NCBI GenBank assembly: GCA_964016885.1
Contig: OZ024742.1
Span: 7,440,001 to 7,504,000, forward strand
Direction of reading: 5' to 3'
Length of the DNA: 64,000 nucleotides
DNA from: Eledone cirrhosa
Lineage: Eukaryota
The translations under genes and the position numbers were made by a program. How positions within the stretch are numbered: position 1 is the first letter of the stretch; every line of letters starts with the position of its first letter. Of the stretch, positions 51,944-61,700 are shown piece after piece. A model generated the notes under the pieces. That model worked only from the letters and a program-made list of their open reading frames with translations. It did no database searches and had not been told where the DNA came from.

Positions 51944-52575
51944 GAATTTTTTTTAATATAAGGAACTGTTTCTTTGTTTATTCATTATTTTTTTAATAAT
52001 TTATCTTGACTCTGTTTTCCGTTTATTTTTCACCGAAAGTAGTTTTTGAATGCATCTTCTCTTTTCATGATATCCGGATTACATTGAGTTCTTCATACGG
52101 ATTGGACACTACCGTAAACTTTTGGTAGATTTTTCTACATATGTTTGTATATATATATATATATTATGTATAAATATTTCGTATCTCCAAGGAAATACTG
52201 TTTTAGGAAGCCGTAGCTATGCAAACACCCTCTGGTGATGTCCAGCAGAAGCAAGGGGGATAACCGTCTATGCATGTCAGGCTTAACTGACCTTCGTCTG
52301 GACGGTCCCTCCCACCGCTTGCGACTGCTATGTGTGTGTGTGTATGCGTGCGCGCGTGTGTTATATTGAGTGTATGTGTATCAGTTGTTTGGTCAACACT
52401 AAAGAATTGTTATTCCACTAAGTTATTCTTACGAAGATTACCCTGAGTAGTTTCATGTGACCCCTTAATATAAAGTAGGGAGATCTCAGTCCTTCTAACT
52501 AACATATTATTTGAGAATGTTACCATGTTTTTGTTTCATGTGTTCAGCTACTTCTAATTAACTTCTATTAAAAAG

Positions 52576-52763
52576 GGCGGTGAATTGGCAGTATCGGTAG
52601 AGGGTTGGACGCCATGCTTTCTAGCATAGTTACGTCCCTTTACAGACTGAGTTCAAATCCCGCTGAGGTTAATTTTGTCTTTCATCCTTACGGGGTCGAT
52701 AAAATAAAGTACCAGTAATGTACTGTGTATTTGTTGGCCTTGTGCCTAAAGTAGAAACAATTA
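52576..52763 (+). mobile_element. Full-length SINE, slightly more diverged
   Basis: GGCGGTGAATTGGCAGTATCGGTAGAG...GTTCAAATCCC...GCCTAAAGTAGAAACAATTA. Confidence 0.92.
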
Positions 52764-53183
52764 TATCAGCGAATATTGGGGGAATTATTAAGTTCTATTA
52801 TATCAACGAAGACAATATTTGGGGAGTTATTTGTGTGACATACCTCAAATATGTTTGATAATTTCATTCCCAATGATTTTTATTTGTGTGGATTTCGAAC
52901 CCATTAATAGCAGTGAAGAAAATATATATTGCGGTGTTTAGTATCTATTAAATGTGTTACTAAGCAGCTGAGATATACGATGTACAAATACAGCACAAGA
53001 TGTAACGGACGCTGTGTAAATGTGTAAAAGTATATATATATACACTGACATATCTAAACGTGTTTCTGTAAACATGTGTAGAAATATCAGAGTAGTTATT
53101 AAAATATGTACGTAACTTTGATGAAATCTTTTCTTTATTTCTCTAAAGATAAATATCTATTATATTTAGTTTCGTCTCATTAA

Positions 53184-53337
53184 TTTCTCAGTTCTCATCC
53201 TGTCTATTTCCACTTTTACTTTCATCCTTCAGAGACGATAAATGAAATAAGTACCAGTTAACTCCCCGACTAAGTTAAATTAACTACATCCTTCACATTA
53301 AAATATCCGGATTATGTCAATGTCGGAAATCATTATT
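53184..53337 (+). mobile_element. Highly degenerate SINE fragment
   Basis: CTTTCATCCTTCAGAGACGATAAATGAAATAAGTACCAGT resembles the SINE central domain; ends GAAATCATTA. Confidence 0.6.
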
Positions 53338-53459
53338 TTTGTTCATTTACCTAGAAAATATACTTTGTAGTTTGCCGACACCTGTTAATTTCTGGGTTCA
53401 AATCAGACCAGTTTATAATTTAAATTTCCATGTTTCTGGTGTTGTTGGAGCTCACCTTC

Positions 53460-53525
53460 GGATCTGTCCAGTTTGAGCAGATCTATGATTAAAAATGTTC
53501 CAACTGTGACCATCCCATCTTTTTA
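53460..53525 (+). repeat. Fragment of the second dispersed repeat family
   Basis: Shares the TTCCA...TGACCATC motif with 47105-47145 (reverse complement) and 55525-55575. Confidence 0.45.
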
Positions 53526-53718
53526 CATATGTAGCGTATCTAGGAGTTCCTTATATTAGAAAGTTTTCCCTCGGCGGGAATTAAATATTGATGGCACAGC
53601 GGTAATATAATTCTAAAGGCAGAGTATATGTCTGAAATATAAGATGCTGAGAAGTGAAACAGTTTTAATCACTGGTCTACAGAGACTGAACAACAAACAA
53701 TTACCTTTAATGCATCAT

Positions 53719-54190
53719 TTTCATCCTTACGGGGTCGATAAATAAAGTACCAGTAATGCACTGGGGTAACTGCTGGCCTTGTGCCAAGAGTAGAAACAAT
53801 TATTTAGATTCATCTTTCCATTCTGAGTTCAAATCCCGCCGAAGTCAACTTTGCCTTTCATCCTTACGGGGTCGATAAAATAAAGTACCAGTCACACACT
53901 GAGGTCAATTTAATCGACTTTCCTCTCCCCGGAAATTGCTGGCCTTGTGCTTATACATTATTTAGATTCATCAGTGGCTGTGGTTTGGCAGAATCAGTAG
54001 AGCGTCGGACAACATTCTTTGCAAAGTTAACTCCCTTTATGTTCTGAGTTCGAATCCCACCGAGGTTAGCTTTAACTTTTATTCTTACGGGGTTGATACA
54101 ATAAAGTACCAGTAATGCACAGGGATCGATTTTACAGATTTTCTACTCGCCCAAAGTTGTTTACCTTGTGACTAAATCAGAAATCATTTT
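53719..54190 (+). mobile_element. Head-to-tail stack of three SINE copies (53719-53804 5'-truncated; 53815-53962 5'-truncated; 53975-54190 full-length, older)
   Basis: Three copies of CTTACGGGGT(C/T)GATA...AAAGTACCAGT, separated by ATTATTTAGATTCATC at 53799-53814 and 53957-53972, with a degenerate copy at 54186-54201. Confidence 0.88.
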
Positions 54191-54200
54191 TTAGATTGAC

Positions 54201-54450
54201 CTGACCCACCTACACTACTATTTTAGACCAGTCCATTTCTCACTGACCCACCTACACTAGTATTTTAGACCAGTCCATTTCTCACTGACATACTACACTA
54301 GTATTTTAGACCAGTCCATTTCTCACTGACATACTACACTAGTATTTTAGACCAGTCCATTTCTCACTGACATACTACACTAGTATTTTAGACCAGTCCA
54401 TTTCTCACTGACATACTACACTAGTATTTTAGACCAGTCCATTTCTGACA
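54201..54450. repeat. Six-copy 41/42-bp minisatellite CTGACATACTACACTAGTATTTTAGACCAGTCCATTTCTCA
   Basis: TATTTTAGACCAGTCCATTTCT at 54219, 54261, 54302, 54343, 54384 and 54425. Confidence 0.95.
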
Positions 54451-54718
54451 GACATACCAGATCTGTCTTATTTAAGACTATTACTGACAAACATACAAGA
54501 TGAATGTTGTAAGACAGTCCCTTTCTGACATACCAGTCGAGTTCAACGTTCGTTTGTTCACTCGTGGGGTTTGTTTGTTTTCAAAGGTTTCCTGTTTTTT
54601 TTTCTGGTTGTACACATTTATAATTTTTTCTGACTTTCAAAGAGAATATTAAATGGTTGGAAATATAATTAATTTGACAATTTAAATGCTTCTTTTATTT
54701 TCGTGGTGAGGGGATATA

Positions 54719-54967
54719 GAGAAAGAAAGAAAGAAGGAAGAAAAGAGAGAAGGAAGGGAAAAAAGAAAGAAAGAAAGAAGGAAGAAAAGAAATATAGAAA
54801 GAAAGAAAGAAAGAAAGAAGAAAAGAAAGATAGAAAGAAAGAAAGAAAGAAGGAAGAAAAGAAAGATGGAAAGAAAGAAAGAAGGAAAGAAAGAAGGAAA
54901 GAAAGAAGGAAAGAAAGAAAGAAGAAAGAAGGAAAAATATAAAGAAAGAAGGAAGGAAAGGAGGAAG

Positions 54968-55005
<38 letters not shown>

Positions 55006-55285
55006 AGGAAAAAAAGAAAGATAGAAAGAAGGAAAGAAAGAAGTAAGGAAAGAAAGAAAGAAAGAAAGAATGAAAGATGGAAAGAAAGAATGAAAGAAAG
55101 AAAGAAAGAAAGATAGAAATATAGAGAGAAAGAAAGAAAGATAGAAAAAAAAGGAAGAAAGAAGGAAGGAAAGAAAGAAAGAAAGATAGAAAGAAAGAAA
55201 GATAGAAAAAAAGAAAGAACGAAGGAAGGAAAGAAAGAAAGATAGAAAGAAAGAAAGAAAGAAAGAGATGGAAAGAAAGAAAGAA
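54719..55285. repeat. Polypurine (GAAA)n/(GGAA)n microsatellite
   Basis: About 570 bp that is almost purely A/G on the + strand. Confidence 0.95.
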
Positions 55286-55499
55286 GGTTTATATGAGAGT
55301 TCTGTTTTATATATTTCTTACCTGTATTACATTTATTCTATTACAGACTATCGATACGAACTAATTGAGTTTTCGATATTTCAAAGGCCATTTTTTATTT
55401 ATTATTTCGATGTTAATGATAATAATTATAAAAAAAAACTGAAAACAAAAAGATAATTATTGAAAATTGTATTGGTGGTGGCGGTGTTCGGGAGGATGG

Positions 55500-55685
55500 T
55501 GTTTTTAGTCCCTTAGCCACAATAAAGCACATCTATACCTAAAGGTATTCCAGCCATGACCATCGTCACTTTTTCAGTTTAAATAGCATTTATCTAACAA
55601 TGTTGCACTATTGTTTGATTCCATTGTCAATGATAATAGGATTGGAAAGATATTTAGTTGTTATTTCTAGCATTTCAGGACGACT
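55500..55685 (+). repeat. Longer fragment of the second dispersed repeat family
   Basis: Contains AAAGGTATTCCAGCCATGACCATC, shared with two other sites in the window. Boundaries are approximate. Confidence 0.45.
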
Positions 55686-55772
55686 GGTTTGTTAGTTATG
55701 TTTGGTTTTAATATGATTGTGAGGATTGTGTTGTGTTTTGTAGTTGTTAATGTTGTTGATGTTCCTGTTGAA

Positions 55773-58700
55773 TGTGATGGTGGTGGTGTATGTTGTGATG
55801 GTGGTGTTGTATGTTGTTGATGTTCCTGTTGAATGTGATAGTGGTGTTGTGATGGTGGTATTGTAGATTGTGATGGTGGTGTTGTATGTTGTGAAGGTGG
55901 TGTTGTATGTTGTGATGGTGGTGTTGTATTTTGTTGACGTTCCTGTTGAATGTGATAGTGGTGTTGTGATGGTGGTATTGTAGATTGTGATGGTGGTGTT
56001 GTATGTTGTGATGGTGGTGTTGTATGTTGTGATGGTTGTGTTGTATGTTGTTGATGTTCCTGTTGAATGTGATAGTGGTGTTGTGATGGTGGTATTGTAG
56101 ATTGTGATGGTGGTGTTGTATGTTGTGATGGTGGTGTTGTATGTTGTGATGGTAGTGTTGTAGATTGTGATGGTGGTGTTGTATGTTGTGCTGGTGGTGT
56201 TGAATGTTGTGATGGTGGTGTTGTATGTTGTGATGGTGGTGGTGTGTGTTGTGATGGTGGTGGTGTATGTTGTGATGGTGGTATTGTATGTTGTGATGGT
56301 GGTGTTGTATGTTGTGATGGTGGTGTTGTATGTTGTGATGGTGGTGCTGTATGTTGTGATGGTGGTGTTGTATGTTGTGATGGTGGTATTGTATGTTGTG
56401 ATGGTGGTGTTGTATGTTGTGATGGTGGTGTTGTATGTTGTGATGGTGGTGTTGTAGATTGTGATGGTGGTGTTGTATCTTGTAATGGTTTTGTTGTATG
56501 TTGTGATGGTGGTGTTGTATTTTGTGATGTTGGTGCTGTATGTTGTGATGGTGGTGTTGTATGTTGTGATGGTGGTGTTGTATGTTGTGATGGTGGTGTT
56601 GTATGTTGTGATAGTGGTGGTGTATGTTGTGATGGTGGTGTTGTATGTTGTGATGGTGGTGTTGTATGTTGTGATGGTGGTGTTTAATGTTGTGATGGTG
56701 GTGTTGTAGATTGTGATGGTGGTGTTGTATCTTGTAATGGTTTTGTTGTATGTTGTGATGGTGGTGTTGTATTTTGTGATGTTGGTGCTGTATGTTGTGA
56801 TGGTGGTGTTGTATGTTGTGATGGTGGTGTTGTATGTTGTGATGGTGGTGTTGTAGATTGTGACGGTGATGTTGTATGTTGTGATGGTGGTGTTGTATGT
56901 TGTGTTGGTCATGTTGTAGATTGTGATGGTGGTGTTGTATGTTGTGCTGGTGGTGGTGTATGTTGTGATGGGGGTGGTGTATGTTGTGATGGTGGTGTTG
57001 TATGTTGTGATGGTGGTGCTGTATGTTGTGATGGTGGTGCTGTATGCTGTGATGGAGGTGTTGTATGTTGTGATGGTGGTGTTGTATGTTGTGATAGTGG
57101 TGTTGTATGTTGTGATGGTGGTGTTGAATGTTGTGATGGTGGTGTTGTATGTTGCGATGGAGGTGTTGTATGTTGTGATGGTGGTGCTGTATGTTGTGAT
57201 GGTGGTATTGTATGTTGTGATGGTGGTGTTGTATGTTGTGATGGTGGTGTTGTAGGTTGTGATGGTGGTGTTGTATGTGGTGATGGTAGTGTTGTATGTT
57301 GTGATGGTGGTGTTGTATGTTGTGATGGTGGTGTTGTATGTTGTGATGGTGGTGTTGTAGGTTGTGATGTTGGTATTGTATGTTGTGATGGTGGTGTTGT
57401 ATGTTGTGATGGTGGTGTTGTATGTTGTGATGGTGGTGTTGTATGTTGTGATGGTGGTGTTGTATGTTGTGATACTGGTGTTGTATGTTGGGATGGTGGT
57501 GTTGTATGTTGTGATGGTGGTGTTGTATGTTGTGATGGTGGTGCTGTATGTTGTGATGGTGGTGTTGTATGTTGTGATGGTGGTGTTGTATGTTGTGATG
57601 GTGGTGATGTATGTTGTGATGGTGGTGATGTATGTTGTGATGGTGGTGCTGTATGTTGTGATGGTGGTGTTGTATGTTGTGATGGTGGTGTTATATGTTG
57701 TGATGGTGGTGATGTATGTTGTGATGGTGGTGATGTATGTTGTGATGGTGGTGCTGTATGTTGTGATGGTGGTGTTGTATGTTGTGATGGTGGTGTTGTA
57801 GATTGTGATGGTGGTGTTGTATGTTGTGGAGGTGGTGTTGTATGTTGTGATGGTGGTGTTGTATGTTGTGATGGTGGTGTTGTATGTTGTGATGGTGGTG
57901 TTGTATGTTGTGATGGTGATGTTGTATGTTGTGATGGTGGTGTTGTATGTTGTGATGGTGGTGTTGTATGTTGTGATGGTGGTGTTGTATGTTGTGATGG
58001 TGGTGTTGTATGTTGTGATGGTGGTGTTGTATGTTGTGATGGTGATGTTGTATGTTGTGATGGTGGTGTTGAAGATTGTGATGGTGGTGTTGAATGTTGT
58101 GATGGTGGTGTTGTATGTTGTGATGTTGGTATTGTATGTTGTGATGGTGGTGTTGTATGTTGTGCTGGGGTTTTGTATGTTGTGATAGTGGTGTTGTATG
58201 TTGTGATGGTGGTGTTGTATGTTGTGATGGTGGTGTTGTATGTTGTGATGGTGGTGTTGTATGTTGTGATGGTTGTGTTGTAAATTGTGATGGTGGTGTT
58301 GTAGATTGTGATGGTGGTGTTGTATGTGGTGATGGTAGTGTTGTATGTTGTGATAATGGTGTTGTATGTTGTGGTGGTGGTGTTGTATGTTGTGATAGTG
58401 GTGTTTTATGTTGTGATGGTGGTGTTGTATGTTGTGGTGGTGGTGTTGTATGTTGTGATGGTGGTGTTTTATGTTGTGGTGGTGGTGTTGTATGTTGTGA
58501 TGGTGTTGTTGTATGTTGTGATTGTGGTGTTGTATGTGGTGATGGTAGTGTTGTATGTTATGATGGTGGTGTTGTATGTTGTGATGTTGTTGTTGTATGT
58601 TGTGATGGTGGTGTTGTATGTTGTGATAGTGGTGGTGTATGTTGTGATGGTGGTGTTGTATGTTGTGATAGTGGTGATGGTGGTGTTGTATGTGGTGATG

Positions 58701-61700
58701 GTGGTGTTTTATGTTGTGATGGTGGTGTTGTAGATTGTGATGGTGGTGGTGTATCTTGTGATGGTTTTGTTGTATGTTGTGATGGTGGTGTTGTATTTTG
58801 TGATGGTGGTGCTGTATGTTGTGATGGTGGTGTTGTATGTTGTGATGGTGGTGTTGTATGTTGTGATGGTGGTGTTGTAGATTGTGACGGTGGTGTTGTA
58901 TGTTGTGCTGGTGGTGGTGTATGTTGTGATGGTGGTGGTGTATGTTGTGATGGTGGTGTTGTATGTTGTGATGGTGGTGCTGTATGTTGTGATGGTGGTG
59001 CTGTATGCTGTGATGGTGGTGTTGTATGTTGTGATAGTGGTGTTGTATGTTGTGATGGTGTTGTTGAATGTTGTGATGGTGGTGTTGTATGTTGTGATAG
59101 TGGTGATGTATGTTGTGATGGTGGTGTTGTATGTTGCGATGGAGGTGTTGTATGTTGTGATGGTGGTGCTGTATGTTGTGATGGTGGTATTGTATGTTGT
59201 GATGGTGGTGTTGTATGTTGTGATGGTGGTGTTGTAGGTTGTGATGGTGGTGTTGTATGTGTTGATGGTAGTGTTGTATGTTGTGATGGTGGTGTTGTAT
59301 GTTGTGATGGTGGTGTTGTATGTTGTGATGGTGGTGTTGTAGTTTGTGATGTTGGTATTGTATGTTGTGATGGTGGTGTTGTATGTTGTGATGGTGGTGT
59401 TGTATGTTGTGATGGTGGTGTTGTATGTTGTGATGGTGGTGTTGTATGTTGTGATAGTGGTGTTGTATGTTGGGATGGTGGTGTTGTATGTTGTGATGGT
59501 GGTGTTGTATGTTGTGATGGTGGAGTTGTATGTTGTGATGGTGGTGTTGTATGTTGTGATGGTGGTGCTGTATGTTGTGATGGTGGTATTGTATGTTGTG
59601 ATGGTGGTGTTGTATGTTGTGATGGTGGTGTTGTAGGTTGTGATGGTGGTGTTGTATGTGGTGATGGTAGTGTTGTATGTTGTGATGGTGGTGTTGTATG
59701 TTGTGATGGTGGTGTTGTAGGTTGTGATGTTGGTATTGTATGTTGTGATGGTGGTGTTGTATGTTGTGACGGTGGTGTTGTATGTTGTGATGGTGGTGTT
59801 GTATGCTGTGATGGTGGTGTTGTATGTTGTGATAGTGGTGTTGTATGTTGGGATGGTGGTGTTGTATGTTGTGATGGTGGTGTTGTATGTGGTGATGGTG
59901 GTGTTGTATGTTGTGATGGTGGTGTTGTATGTTGTGATGGTGGTGTTGTATGTTGTGATGGTGGTGCTGTATTTTGTGATGGTGGTGTTGTATGTTGTGA
60001 TGGTGGTGTTGTATGTTGTGGTGGTGGTGTTGTATGTTGGGATGGTGGTGTTGTATGTTGTGGTGGTGGTGATGTATGTTGTGATGGTGGTGTTGTATGT
60101 TGTGATAGTGGTGATGTATGTTGTGATGGTGGTGTTGTATGTTGTGGTCGTGGTGTTGTATGTTGTGATGGTGGTGTTGTATGTTGTGGTGGTGGTGATG
60201 TATGTTGTGATGGTGGTGTTGTATGTTGTGATAGTGGTGATGTATGTTGTGATGGTGGTGTTGTATGTTGTGATGGTGGTGCTGTATGTTGTGATGGTGG
60301 TGTTGTATGTTGTGATGGTGATGTTGTATGTTGTGATGGTGGTGTTGAAGATTGTGATGGTGGTGTTGTATGTTGTGGTGGTGGTGTTGTATGTTGTGAT
60401 GGTGGTGCTGTATGTTGTGATGGTGGTGTTGTATGTTGTGATGGTGGTGTTTTAGATTGTGATGGTGGTGTTGTATGTTGTGGTGGTTGTGTTGTATGTT
60501 TTGATGGTGGTGTTGTAGATTGTGATGGTGGTGTTGTATGTTGTGGTGGTGGTGTTGTATGTTGTGATGGTGGTGTTGTATGTTGTGATGGTGGTGTTGT
60601 ATGTTGTGATGGTGGTGTTGTATGTTGTGATAGTGGTGTTGTATGTTGTGATGGTGGTGTTGTATGTTGTGATGGTGATGTTGTATGTTATGATGGTGGT
60701 GTTGTATGTTGTGATGGTGGTGTTGTATGTTGTGATGGTGGTGTTGTATGTTGTGATGGTGGTGTTGTATGTTGTGATGGTGGTGTTGTATGTTGTGATG
60801 GTGATGTTGTATGTTGTGATGCTGGTGTTGTATGTTGTGATGGTGGTGTTGTATGTTGTGATGTTGGTATTGTATGTTGTGATGGTGGTGTTGTATGTTG
60901 TGCTGGGGTTTTGTATGTTGTGATAGTGGTGTTGTATGTTGTGATGGTGGTGTTGTAGAATGTGATGGTGGTGTTGTATGTTGTGATGGTGGTGTTGTAT
61001 GTTGTGATGGTGGTGTTGTATGTTGTGGTGGTTGTGTTGTAAATTGTGATGGTGGTGTTGTAGATTGTGATGGTGGTGTTGTATGTGGTGATGGTAGTGT
61101 TGTATGTTGTGATGATGGTGTTGTATGTTGTGATGGTGGTGTTGTACGTTGTGTTTGTGGTGTTGTATGTTGTGATGGTGGTGTTCTATGTTGTGATGGT
61201 GGTGTTGTATGTTGTGATGGTCGTGTTGATGATTGTGATGATGGTGTTGAAGATTGTGATGGTGGTGTTGTATTTTGTGATAGTTGTGTTGTATGTTGTG
61301 ATGGTGGTGTTGTATGCTGTGAGGCTGGTGGTGTATGTTGTGATGCTGGTGTTGTATATTGTGAAGATGGTGGTGTATGTTGTGATGATGGTGTTGTATG
61401 TTGTGATGGTGGTGTTGTAGATTGTGATGGTGGTGTTGTATGAGGTGATGGTAGTGTTGTATGTTGTGATGGTGGTGGTGTATGTTGTGGTGGTGGTGTT
61501 GTATGTTGTGATGGTGGTGTTTTATGTTGTGATGGTGGTGTTGTATGTTGTGATGGTGGTGTTGTATGTTGTGATGGTGGTGTTGTATGTTGTGGTGGTG
61601 GTGTTGTATGTTGTGATGGTGGTGTTTTATGTTGTGATGGTGGTGTTGTATGTTGTGGTGGTGGTGTTGTATGTTGTGATGGTGGTGTTTTATGTTGTGA

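Larger units (their letters stand above)
50519..52004. mobile_element. Probable truncated Penelope-like retroelement remnant with inverted pseudo-LTRs (arms 50519-50952 and 51356-52004, 403-bp spacer)
   Basis: The 434-bp arms are reverse complements (two mismatches noticed) once the 215-bp SINE plus duplication is removed from the right arm. Each arm has a hammerhead motif near its outer end, and the element abuts (TA)n. No RT or GIY-YIG coding sequence was recognised, so the family call is inference. Confidence 0.7.

Noticed and set aside
52200-52330. Relatively GC-rich unique segment as an exon or structured RNA
   Set aside because: All three + frames after the TTTTAG acceptor hit stops, and no convincing donor or recognisable RNA motif was found.
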